The position numbers were made by a program, and so were the translations under genes. Positions 1-11,246 of a DNA stretch of 64,000 bases are shown here, piece after piece (positions within the stretch are counted from its first letter, which is position 1; each line of letters starts with the position of its first letter). The notes under the pieces were generated by a model. It did no database searches, was not told where the DNA came from, and saw only the letters and a program-made list of their open reading frames with translations. The DNA is from Octopus bimaculoides (lineage: Eukaryota), in contig NC_069002.1 of the NCBI RefSeq assembly GCF_001194135.2, forward strand, positions 33,454,759 to 33,518,758. The letters run 5' to 3'.

Positions 1-56
<56 letters not shown>
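1..56. repeat. (TA)n microsatellite
   Basis: Direct reading. One of dozens of similar tracts (e.g. 1071-1128, 19740-20030, 20350-20410, 56600-56695, 62200-62600). Confidence 0.99.
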
Positions 57-63
<7 letters not shown>

Positions 64-464
64 TATAAAAGTATTTAAAGTAGATATGTGTACACACATA
101 TGTGTGTGTGTCTGTGTGATTACGTCTATGAATATCTGTGAACAGACATCTTATGCAAATTGACGAGATGTTAAGCGTGGTGCAATAACGTGTTACGAAA
201 GCCCATCGATGACTTAATTACAGTGGTTCGTGTGGCCTTGGTGCTATCTTTTCTTCTCTTTACAAGATCGATACTAACAAAGAACATACCGTTCTTCAGA
301 CGTAGAATTCACGCCATTCGTTTTTGTATTTAGCGTAAGAAAACACAATCAAAGGCATTGTGGTAATAATAACATTTCCGACATTGTTATGCTTGATGCG
401 GGCGACGAGCAGGTTGTTGATCCTGTTTTTGTTTTTGAGGATGTCGTTCTTGTTGTCGGTGTTT

Positions 465-850
465 TTGATGGTGATGATGACGATGACGACAACGACGGCA
501 ATGGTGTTAATAATGATGATGATGTTAATAATGATGTTTATGATGATGACGATGTTGATGATGCCGATGTTGATGCTGCTGCTGATGCTGAGGAGGAGAG
601 ATATGATGCTGATAATGATGATGGTTAATATGATAATGATGATGACGACGACGACAATGGTGTTGATAATGAGGGTAATGGTGTTGATGATGATGATTTT
701 AACGATGTTGACGATGTTGATGACGATGATGATGATGCCGATTCAACTGCTGATGATGATGATAATGAAGTGGAGAGATATGATGATGATGATGATGATG
801 ATGGAGATGATGATGACCCTAATTAAGGTTGCGATGACAATGAGATGAAT
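465..850. repeat. Degenerate (GAT/GAC)n trinucleotide tract
   Basis: Runs of gatgatgac. These explain the poly-M and poly-D ORFs 360..848 and 389..628. Confidence 0.95.
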
Positions 851-1069
851 GATGATAGATACTTTGCTACGCAGGGTGTCGACTGTAGTGATATTGTTGA
901 CATGTTTAACACCAAGGACAACAATGATGATGACGATTAGGAGAAAGAGGAGAAGGGAAAGCAGAAGGCGAAGGAGAAGGGCATAGACGAATTTCAAGAG
1001 GATAATCATTCTGTAATTAATAGGTGTATCTTCTTTCATTTTTCTGTTTGGCGTACAGTAAATGCATGG

Positions 1070-1132
<63 letters not shown>

Positions 1133-1420
1133 GTTTGTGTGTGACTGAATGTTTGAAATGAAAAACAAGGGCCATCATGTTTGAGTGCAAGTAACATAAT
1201 GAATAGCATTGTTTGATTGTTGTACTTTAAGTGCAAAGTATTACCGTATACCTGAATGCTGTTGGCTTAGTGAATTACGGTGCGGTTCATCGTAAAAGTA
1301 TGTACTGCGTTATAAAATGATGCATTATTATGTGGTGACGTCTTTTGGACACACGTGAAATTATACTATAATGGAGTGCATTGTAGCGAGTGTTTAAATG
1401 CAGATTTATTGCAGTGAGAG

Positions 1421-1700
1421 TGGAGGCGCAATGGCCGAGTGGTTAGGGCAGTGGACTAGTGGTCATAGGATCGCGGTTTCGATTCCCAGACCGGGAGTCG
1501 TGAGTATTTATTGAGCGAAAATACCTAAAGTTCCACGATGATCCGGCACGGGATGGTGGCGAACCCTGCTGTACTCTTTCACCACAACGTTTTCTCACTC
1601 TTACTTCCTGTTTCTGTTGTGCCTGTAATTCAAAGGGCCAGACTTGTCACACTGTGTCACGCGGAATATCCCCGAGAACTACGCTAAATGTACACGTGTC
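1421..1700 (+). mobile_element. tRNA-derived SINE, family A, 3'-truncated
   Basis: Head ggaggcgcaatggccgagtggttaggg...ggtttcgattccc has Pol III A and B boxes. Body is colinear with the copy at 23847-24238 up to gtacacgtgtc. Confidence 0.92.
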
Positions 1701-1714
1701 ATAAATATATATAT

Positions 1715-1822
1715 ATACATCTTTTGGTTCTACATACACTAAAATTGGAACGATATAGAGACGATTAGCATGACCCCTGCGCAAGGATGACGCGCAAATT
1801 CGTGAAACCTTCCATACCTTTT
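1715..1822 (+). pseudogene. U6: U6 snRNA retrocopy (pseudogene)
   Basis: acatacactaaaattggaacgatatagagacgattagcatgacccctgcgcaaggatgacgcgcaaattcgtgaaaccttccatacctttt aligns to the metazoan U6 consensus. The ACAGAGA box is mutated to ATAGAGA, the 5' stem-loop is degenerate (about 11/19 match), and the upstream flank is a SINE plus (TA)n rather than a snRNA promoter. Confidence 0.93.
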
Positions 1823-1889
1823 ATCAAGGCGGTACTCCAGCAGGGTCACGGTCAAAAGACTGAAACATGTAAAATAATTAAATAATAAT
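1823..1889 (+). mobile_element. SINE/LINE-type 3' tail fused to the U6 copy
   Basis: aaggcggtactccagcagggtcacggtcaaaagactgaaacatgtaaaataa matches the reverse complement of the family E tails at 30105-30155 and 48005-48058 (about 70% by eye), followed by an A/TAA-rich end. Confidence 0.8.
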
Positions 1890-1907
1890 CCATACGTGCT
1901 TACGTCA

Positions 1908-2206
1908 AACACTGGCCCTCCGTCGTTTAAGAGGACGAGGGTTGCAGTTGATACGATCAGTGCAACAGTTTGCTCGTGAAATTAACGACCAAGTGGCTGA
2001 GTACTCCACAAACACGCGTACCTTTAACGTAGTTCACTGGAAATTTGAGCGTGACACAGAATGTGACAAGGCTGGCCGTTTTTGAACTACAGGTACAACA
2101 CAAGTAAAGTGTATTGCGCAAGGACACAACGTGACACAAGGAATTGAACCCACGACTTTAGGATCGTGAGCCGAACTCCCTGACCACTAAGCCACACGCG
2201 CCTCCA
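1908..2206 (-). mobile_element. tRNA-derived SINE, mosaic of family B-type head and family A 3' module
   Basis: Minus strand reads tggaggcgcgtgtggcttagtggtcaggg...gggttcaattcc...tgtgtccttgcgcaatacacttta, then tgttgtacctgtagttcaaaaacggccagccttgtcac as in family A. Confidence 0.85.
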
Positions 2207-2524
2207 ATGTGTTTACATATAGACATACTAAAACACACACAAGTTACTCAAATGCTGCCTCGCTTTCATATCAAAATTCGTTTCACATTTCAGGCAATCA
2301 TACTTTTATTTTCTCTGCACGTTCTTATTCTCTCTCTCACCCGCTCTTTCTTCCCCGCCCTCCCTTTACTTACGTCCATTTGTTCCAATAATTATTTATG
2401 TTGTAAAATTTATTCTTAATTAATTCTCTCTCTTTCTACCTATATATGTGTTTGTTTGTGTCTGTGTGTGTGTACATTACTCCACCTCTGACTCAATATT
2501 TCTTTCATCTCTACTCTAGTTATT

Positions 2525-2527
<3 letters not shown>

Positions 2528-2576
<49 letters not shown>

Positions 2577-2577
2577 C
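2528..2577. repeat. (TC)n microsatellite
   Basis: Direct reading. Confidence 0.98.
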
Positions 2578-3774
2578 ATCCCTCTGTCGTTGCTCACATT
2601 TCACTCTCTCCCTTTTCTTCACCACCCTCCTTTCAACATCGCCCCATTCATTCAATTTCAAGCACCCACACTTCCTATGCGTTATCCGTATCAATATATA
2701 GCAATGATAATAATGAGTGTATATATATATATATATATAAATATATACATGTACATCCGCATACATACATGGGTGTACAAATAAAGTGTGTGTATATATA
2801 TATATTATCAGCTTCTTACTCTCTATCCCCATCACTGATAACTCGCTCTTCCTCTCTCCTCTCCTCACACCACCCGATCCAGATTCTATTGTTGTACATC
2901 CAGCAAGCAGTTACAACGTTATTGATTTATAATCGAATCGTATAACACTCTCATTTTCCCTCTCACTTTCTCTTCTTGATCTTGTTCTTCTCATTGCTGT
3001 TGTTCTTCTCTGTCTCTTCATATCTCTCCCTCTCTCGTATGAACTTTTATTTTGTGGCACAATCAAAATTTTCCTTAATAAGAACACTATAATTAATAAC
3101 ACTCAGTAAAAATATTTGTCTTTGATTTGCGGATAAGTGATATATTCCAATTCAGCGGGAAAAAAGTCTTTATCGTTATCGCCGTGAGAACAACCAATAA
3201 TTAGTGCCACACCCTCCCCACCATCAGCTCTACCATCACCACGTCCACTACCACCATCGCTAGCACCAACGCTACCTCAACCATCACCACAGCAGCACGG
3301 GTATCAATACGAACGGCAACAATAATTAGAACCCTTTTTCTGCTGGCCCCTTTATCACTCATCTCACACACAGCATAATTCAAAGTACTTCCAATAGAGT
3401 TTCTTCCATAATTATTTCATAAAACATTACCTCAAGGTTGGTTCTTTTCTTCATTATATTTTATCATATTCATTTTTCTATTTTTTGGATTCTTCTTTCT
3501 TAAATGTTTTTCCCTTTATTTATGATTATTTCTGATTTTTTTTTTTTTTGCTTTTTCATATTTGGGTATGTGTTATTTGGTTAACGCTTTAGGAATATTC
3601 TTTACAATTTTATGTATACACAGTTCGGGTAAACTTGAGACGTATACATATATATATATATGTACGTGTATATATGTGTATACGTACACTTATGAATATA
3701 GACATATAAATATAAATACATGAAAACATATATACAGTTTTGTGTATACATATATATATATAGACACATACATT

Positions 3775-3810
<36 letters not shown>

Positions 3811-5249
3811 TGAATATCTATATCCTCATATATATTTATATACCTACACATTAATGTATATATACATGTTATATATATATATGTGAGTTTGTATAGGTCT
3901 GTGTGTGTGTGTAATGAACTTAGGTTGATGTGCAAACGTTTTGTATCTGCTATCTGTTGCAACGTCGTTGTTTTTCTCTTCACTTATTCATTTAAGTTTG
4001 TTCACTGGTTGTTATTATTTTTTGTATATTTTTAATATTTATGTTGAGCCATGCTTTCTACAATCGGTTTGTCTTTGAAATTAAAACAATGTTGTTAGCT
4101 GCCCGAGAGCAGCGTCAGCGACGACGACGACGATAGCAATGATAGTGATGCGGTTGATGGTGATGATTTTGGTTGTGGTGATGATGGACATGAAAGCAAC
4201 AGCAATAATATGAGAGTAATATAGAAGAACAGGTGAGGAGTAGAATAAAAAGAGCAAGTGGGAAGCCGAAAGGGGGAGTGAATAGGGAAGAAGTGGGAGG
4301 GGGAGGGGAGGAGGAAGAGAAGCAATAGAGAAAATGTTAAAGCAATTTCTGATGATTTAAATGATAATAAAATGATCGGTAGTGATGATGATGCTGAGAA
4401 GATGATGATGATAACTACGACGCACTTTTATTGAACACATCGATCTCTCTCAGCCTCGCCCTCACGCAGGTAGTGAAACTAAACAAACCTTTTGTTGCGC
4501 CATACAAAAAAATTGTAACGTTGAACCATTCAATGGTGCTGGAGAATATACAATATAGAGATGGGTGCAGCACATAACGCCACAGTATCACATGTATACA
4601 AGGCTTGCTCACTGAACGAGAGATGAAGCACCACCACCACGCTGCTACCGATGCTGTTGCTGCTGTGTAAGGACAGGCGTATGCCGCTAAGCATTTTTGG
4701 CAGTGCTGTTACACTTTTACCATCTAACTGGTGTAGGTACAAGGAGTCACGACGAAGAAGAAGAGGAAGAAGGAGAAGTGGAAGAAAATAGCAACAACAA
4801 TAACGATACTAAGAAAAAGGAAAATCAAAAACGGTTTCAAATTTTGGCATAGAAATTATAGCAAAGGGATAAGACGATGAAGGACAACTTTGACCAAGGA
4901 GGCATTTGCAACAAGAAATGCCACCGAATTGTCTACCATTGTTCAGGATTCTGTTGGAAAATAAGTAAAACGATAGAACTAGAAAAGACAAAGGATTTAG
5001 TTTCCTTCAATTAAATCGGAGACATCGGATGACGTTTCGTGGAAACTCCTAAAAGTGACTATCACTCTGACGTGTAAAAGCCTTACACTTTCTCAGGGTC
5101 ACCCCATCCTTTATCTACAGGCTTTGAAATAGCCCGTTCACACAGAATATGTTTGCCAAAACGTTCTGCGCACAGTTAGTTTTAGTCTCCGATGTTCCCT
5201 GGTATCAGCATCGCTTTCCACTTACGAAATCTCCATTGCGGAACTTGCT

Positions 5250-5375
5250 CGAAACGCAAGGTCGGACTGGCAGACAACTGGGACACTCCAGTTGGCAAGG
5301 GCATATATCAATTTCTGATTCACCCTGTAGTGGAGCACAACAATGAGAATCTTTTCTTTATTAGCCAGAACTACT
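5250..5375 (+). mobile_element. Possible decayed Penelope-like GIY-YIG endonuclease remnant
   Basis: Frameshifted peptides GRTGRQLGH..WQGHI and HPVVEHNNEN resemble the GIY-YIG segments YIGQTGRxLxxRxxEH and SxVAEHxxE. Confidence 0.4.
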
Positions 5376-6392
5376 GAAGAAAACATATGGAGAACGACGG
5401 AACTTTGATTATACGATTTACAAAGTGTAATATTTCACTGATCAGTCTTGTGTGAAGGATTAAATGTTTTGAAATTCTTCATATCTGGAAAATTAAATAA
5501 ATTGCTAATAACATATAATTACATGGGATAATTAAGAGCATAGAGTAAACGAAATTAAGTAAGAAATACAAAAATTAAAAGTCTACTTTCGTTGATGGCG
5601 TATCCAGTGGTCTTGATTGCACTTCCATTTCGTGTTGTTTCTCTATTTCTCATTGCCTGCGATGCCAAAATCTGTAGGGCGGAACCTGCTTTATAGCAAT
5701 ATTACAGTTCCTAAAGTCTATACATTTTCTATATTGGTATTATGTGCAATTTACGTCAATTACTACCGCAATTGCTTTCCCTTTTCACTTAACAGGAAAG
5801 ACTTTGTGTGTATTTGGGTGTCTTTAATATTTTTGGAGAATTCCTTTGAACTTTGCACCTCACAGAATATTGGATCTCCTTTAAAAATATGAGATCTTTT
5901 CGATGTGAGTTTCTTCTCTTCACATGATGTTTAACACTCATTTTTAAAGCTCTTTCGAAATTTAAAATATTTTCCTTTTAATATCTGTCATTGGAGTAAG
6001 TTATGTTTATCTCAATCGGCCAACCTCTGTAGCCCTTGACTTAAAGACGGCGCATACGAACGTCTATAGGCTAACATTAAACGAAGCATTTAGAAACCTC
6101 AGTTAAATAAATAAATAATATACAACGTAACTAGGGACATCGTACTATTTTTCTGTTAAGCAATACGTATGAAAAACCGCCCACACACACAACCACATGC
6201 GCGCGCACGTATATGTTTATGCATGTATGAATACAAGCGAATGCCTCCTTAAAAATCAATGGAAATAGAACTCGGCTAAGTTGTTTAGTTAGTAATGCAG
6301 CAATTCATATAAGCTCTTGAGCTTTTCTCGTGATAGGTACAATTTGTAAATCAGAGGCAGAATACCCGTTGACAAAAACATAGATATATGAA

Positions 6393-6608
6393 GGCGGCGA
6401 GCTGGCAGAAATGCTTAGCGTATTTCGTCTGTCCTTGCGTTCTGAGTTCAAATTCCGCCGAGGTCGACTTAACCTTTCATCATTTCGGGGTCGATTAAAT
6501 AAGTACCAGTTACGCACTAGGTTCGATATAGTAGACTTGATCCGTTTGTCTGTCCTTGTTTGTCCCCTCTGCGTGTAACCCCTTGTGGGTAGTAAAGAAA
6601 TAAAAAAA
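6393..6608 (+). mobile_element. SINE family C, tail type 2, with 20-nt head deletion
   Basis: ggcggcgagctggcagaaatgcttagcgtatttcgtctgtccttgcgttctgagttcaaattccgccgaggtcgact..., ending ccccttgtgggtagtaaagaaataaaaaaaa. The deletion lies between two gaaa repeats. Confidence 0.92.
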
Positions 6609-8149
6609 AACAACATAGATATGTGAAGCTAACGGTGGATGTGAGGTTTGAACATAATCTCAGTTTGTTGGCATATACTTACAGGTAGCAAAGTCTATAT
6701 AAATTCTAGTATTAGGCAAAAATATCTATAGTCATAATTCTTTGCAATGGCCCCTAAAAGTATCTATGAAAGATACTATTTTCCTGTCTACCAAACCATG
6801 AAATGAATTTTAAATGAAAACACAAAAGGGCGTGCAAAGATGTCGGGGTAGACTGTGGAAGAAAATGATTCAAGAGAATCGAAAACCAGAACGAAAATGA
6901 TTGAAAAGTATGAAACAACAGGAAAAAATGCCTCTGCTTAGTTCGCAGTAAACAATGGAACAATCTTGAAAGTGAAAATGCGCATAATTGTTTTTTTTTT
7001 AGGAAACATCTAAATAAGATTTACATATTTCTTGCAATGCCATTGGAAAATTAGTAAGTTTATCGTTATCAACACCTGATTAGCTTTCTAGGGAAGAAAA
7101 TAATATTGACACACAGCCGCAAAATTAATAAATACAGCAATGTATAGTTTATTTGAAAACTATGAACAAGGCACGTGTATCTATACATTGTTAGAAGCTG
7201 GCTGATAGCTCATAAATTGACTAAACCAAGGCATAAAAATGAATATGACAAGGCTCTACGTTAGTAACTTCCACAATTTACGTCGGATTGTGACCAATGA
7301 AAAATATCCATTGCATGGTTTTAATATCACAACAGTAATCTTACAAAGAAAATTACTGAAACTAATTTGGTGAATCAAAGCATTTCAGAATTGTTTACGG
7401 CAGATGATGTGGATTTTTATCTAGACCAGTGGCACACAAATATGTTGACTTTGGTACAAATTGGACATTAAATATATATAAAGCGGTCTGCAAAAGGAAG
7501 CTTAAAGAAACGAAGTTATTTATGATATGAGGATTCAGAAAAGCAATGGCGTACAGAAAACAATTCACTACGGTGTTGAATTAAGCAAATTTATGTATCA
7601 GTTAACTATGAATGCATTTCTAATTCATTAGTGTGGATTTCCCAAAGAGTAAGAGTACATACTTAAAATCTACAGTGGACCTATATACTCTTTGCGCATC
7701 TGTGTGTTGTTGAGAGAAATTTTGTTCTATTGGTATCAATTGCCCTAATCACGTTACATTTTTGGGGGATTTCAATTTTGTTTTAGCAAACTGAAAACTA
7801 TGATTGGTTAGAGGTTTACAGATTATAAAGTAATGCTATTTTGGGGCAGATTATTTATATGAATAAATATGAGTGGTGACGCATTTCAGTCGTTGGGAAA
7901 AAAAACGACAGATACCCCAAAAAAGAACTAGACAACATCATTGGCTGTTATCGTGTCTCAGGATTTACATCAGAATTTTCCTTCTCCATTGTCAAGTACT
8001 TGGAGTCACTCATTCCCTTTGATGTAGGACACCATGCTGACTTTCTTAGTCTTATGTTTCTAAGCTGAATGAATCCTTCGTGCTCGCCCATTGTTGAAAA
8101 TGTGTGGATCGTGTGAACAGCCACGGTGTTTTCTGCACCAACGGCACGT

Positions 8150-9010
8150 GTTTTATGACAATGCTACAAGGACTACCTCTGTCCTGAGGAACTAGCAAGA
8201 TTAAGTCAATGTGCACAGTAATGGATAGTCTTTAATGATATCATCCGTCCTTTCAAATGTTTTGCATTTCATCCTGCATCGTATCCCGTGAACCTCCTCC
8301 ATAAGCAAGTTTATTCAGTTTACAAGTTTAGTTAACATGTACTGGAATACAGGTCTCATGTCATTAGCATTGGAAAGCCTTCAGTTTATGCAGTATGTTG
8401 TTCTCAAATGTCACTACATTGAATGTTATGATAGTCGGATCCAGAGAACTTTTTCCATAGTGTATCGCCTTTACATAGACGATACTTTCTTGAGAGCTGT
8501 GAATAAGAAGTTGCTGTTGTACTTCATTTGCCATTAAGAAAAAACAATCCTTTCTCTATCTCAAGGATATAATTTATCGCGTTACATAATCGCGATTTAT
8601 AAAGCTGGTGAACTTATTTATGTACATGGAAAACTAAAATGAAAGATTTCCCACTTGGCATCTCACTGACATTCGAACACGTAAACATACAGATTGCAGT
8701 CTAGCGTTCTAAATACCATGCCGTCCAAAGAATGTAGTGTTTCGTTATATATCGTCTTCCAGCATTGTTTTATTATACTTTTATTTCTGTTTTCCAATTT
8801 ATGTAACGCACATACACAACTCTTAAATCTATATATGTACGTGTAAGATATACGTTTACACACAGATATAAATACACGCACGCATATATAACAATGCATG
8901 TGTATATGCTATAATTACGTTGAGATTTTTGACTTGTTACAGTTAGTTTATATTTGGATGGTAAATTGTGTATTATTTCTCGTTTCTTGTGAACTGTAAA
9001 ATGAAACCCG
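8150..9010 (-). mobile_element. Old LINE (RTE-like) 5' region plus start of AP endonuclease, copy 1
   Basis: Minus peptide PTIITFNVVTFENN...TCIPVH...GGG resembles the APE N-terminus (TxNVRTL...CIQEH...GGVG). Homologous to 9530-10510. Confidence 0.5.
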
Positions 9011-9529
9011 AATACTCTATATATGGAGATATATGCATATAGCTACAAATATACGCGTATATGTGGGTCTATGTGTGTATGTGTGCAAGAATGCTTGTGT
9101 ATATATGCACTGCAGTAAACTGGCTTATAAACTGTGTGTGTATATTACGTATGATTCACATATAGCTTTTTCTTATTTGATTCTGCCTTAGATTTGCATA
9201 CTGGAGTTATTCACTGTCTTCTCTCAATCAGTCAATCACATATTTATCCGGGCGTGTTTGGCAGCAACTACGTTTCAGTAAAAGGGACATGAAAGAACGA
9301 AATACATCGGACATTATCGCTGACCGATACTGGGAGGTGGTGTCTTTTAACGTCTGAATTTATTGTACTTTTAAAACACAACGTCCAAACGAGACGCTAT
9401 ACCAGGACACATATTGTACTCAATGACATATCCATTGTGTATATACTTTAGGTATGATATACAGATTGTTATTTTTAATACGAATGTGTGCGTGCAGGTG
9501 TGTGTGTGAACGTGGACCATGGAAGGCTT

Positions 9530-10510
9530 TGCAGAACTGGTATCATTTTGTTTGGTGTCGCTCCATATTGGGTTCTATACTCGTGGTGATAGCAGCAGAA
9601 TAAGAGTGGGACATCCAAAGTTTATTCTCTGAGAAGTTTAGGGTATTACGCTTCGCCAAATTGTATTTCAGAGATTTAGTCCTGCAGCGTTTCTAATAAC
9701 TCCTCTGAATTTGTAAGCTTATTGGTGTTGCCAATTTAGTTACCGACGACCTGGCCATTCTGTACTTTGTAGAGGACTGCATGTTATAATAGCGCACAAA
9801 TGCGTAATGTTTAGGTAGTACGCTGTTCCGTAATGTGGCTACATTGAATATGGTGATTGTCAGGTTACGGGGACTTGTTCTCTCGTATATTGACACTACA
9901 TCGCGGATATTTCCTTGACAGGTGTGAATAAATGTCTGTTGCTCTTCTACTTCATTTACTATTCACTAAGAAGAAAAACGGAATTCTCACTGTGTCTCAT
10001 AAAAATATTTTACTGTTCAAAAACTTCAATTTATATATTTGGAGGACCTTATTTCCGCATATGGAAAACTAAAGCATAAACATCTTCTGCATGGCATTTG
10101 ACTGACATTTGAAAACGAAATCATATTGTTTCGCAGTCCAGCGTTCTAAATTCACAGTCACCTACCATATCGTTCAAAGAAGGTGGTATTTAGTTATATA
10201 TTGCCATACACCATTTTTATATCACACTTTTATTCCTCCTCTGTTTTCCAATTTATGTAACGAGAACGCACCTTTTAAATATATACAGGAATGGCCATAA
10301 ATCGCTTTAACCATTTCTAATAATAATAAATAAATGGGTAAAGCGAATTATGGATATCCCTGTATATGTGGATATGCAAGTTATATGTTTATAAACACAC
10401 ACACACACGTGTATGTATATGTATATGCCATAAACATAATTTTATATTTGGATGGTATATTATTTCATTTGTCGTTTCTTGCGAAGTTTGACATGTAACC
10501 AGAATACCAT
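9530..10510 (-). mobile_element. Old LINE (RTE-like) 5' region plus start of AP endonuclease, copy 2
   Basis: ORF 9693..9896 LTITIFNVATLRN, plus a frameshifted FGCPTLI-CCY-P resembling FNGNPxTTIISCYSP. Shares blocks with copy 1 (ctacattgaat, atggaaaactaaa, agcgttctaaat, ctgttttccaatttatgtaacg, tttatatttggatggta). Confidence 0.55.
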
Positions 10511-11246
10511 TTGCCAGCAGTTTTGATTTTATAATGCCGGCACATTATCCAATGTAGATATTGACCAACTCTGTCATGTCTTGATTTGTATTCTACGGTT
10601 GCTAAAACTTTACGTCTAGAGATTAGGTCGTCCACTGTTTCTCTCCCATCGTTGCCGGATCGTCAGTTTGTGTCTACATCATTTTTCATCGAATTGGCTT
10701 GATAGTTCCGGGTCAGTAAGTTCTGATCGTGGGCAGCCAAGATAAGGCCTTCATTCTGTCTTTAGCTCTGAACTCCGTGGCCTGCATCAGCTTGTTTGCA
10801 ACGGGCAACATATTTGGCATGCTGAAGTTTTTGTTCCCACATATCAGACAATTGTTCAAACGCATTTTGCTTTACTATTGATTTTCAATTTCTTTGCAGC
10901 TACAGTTGCAGCACTCCCACATGCTATTCAGCATGAGTATTATGCATAAAGTCACTTGAAAAGTTTCTCCTCTCTTTCATAACAGAATGAAGCTTCTTAA
11001 GTATTTCATGTTTTTCAACGAGCTTTAACATCCAGTCGTTAGAAGTTTCAATATATTTTGCCAGTCCATTTCTGGTGGTTTTGTACGAGATTTTAAATTG
11101 GATAAATCCTCGACCTCTGGATGGGTAAAAATGATGTGCGTCTACCTTTGGGTGGTGCACTCTATTGCAAGTCAGCAGCTTACGCATTTTTCAATCAATC
11201 TTCCTTGTTTCGCTCATATTCCAGTTCAACACGTTGAAACACTATA
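10500..11246 (-). mobile_element. R4/Dong-like non-LTR retrotransposon fragment (RT C-terminus to zinc knuckle/REL start)
   Basis: Minus strand: FNVLNWNMSE..KMRKLLTCNRVHHPKVDAHHFYPSRGRGFIQFKISYKTT..NDWML..; WEQKLQHAKY..; LILAAHDQNLLTRNYQAN..; ETVDDLIS..LATVEYKSRHDRVGQYLHWIMCRHY..KWY. Contains stops and frameshifts. Confidence 0.88.

Noticed and set aside
360-1236. Long ORFs rich in M, D, I and Y
   Set aside because: They are translations of (GAT)n and (TA)n repeats. The same applies to all YIYI, RERE, LSLS, THTH, CVCV and X-containing ORFs in the track.
1715-1822. Functional U6 gene
   Set aside because: The ACAGAGA box is altered, the 5' stem-loop is degenerate, and there is no room for an upstream PSE/TATA promoter.
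2882-2933. Possible terminal exon DSIVVHPASSYNVIDL* after a pyrimidine tract
   Set aside because: The pyrimidine tract is a (CT)-type simple repeat and there is no homology support.
3201-3340. Pro/His/Thr-rich reading frames
   Set aside because: Degenerate (CAC/CCA)n repeat.
7750-8080. Plus-strand LINE endonuclease hints (FLGDFNF, ELDNII, SKLNES)
   Set aside because: The motifs are short and in different frames, and they conflict with the better-supported minus-strand RTE-like reading next door. Needs a profile search.
8698-10185. Paired small exon candidates after actgac..gcag (about 8700 and 10137)
   Set aside because: Donors are weak and both lie in the duplicated LINE-like 5' region.
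10630-10672. Minus-strand CTGACGA...GAAAC hammerhead-like motif
   Set aside because: It lies inside the R4/Dong coding remnant (ETVDxLIS region) and has no valid stem III or cleavage triplet.
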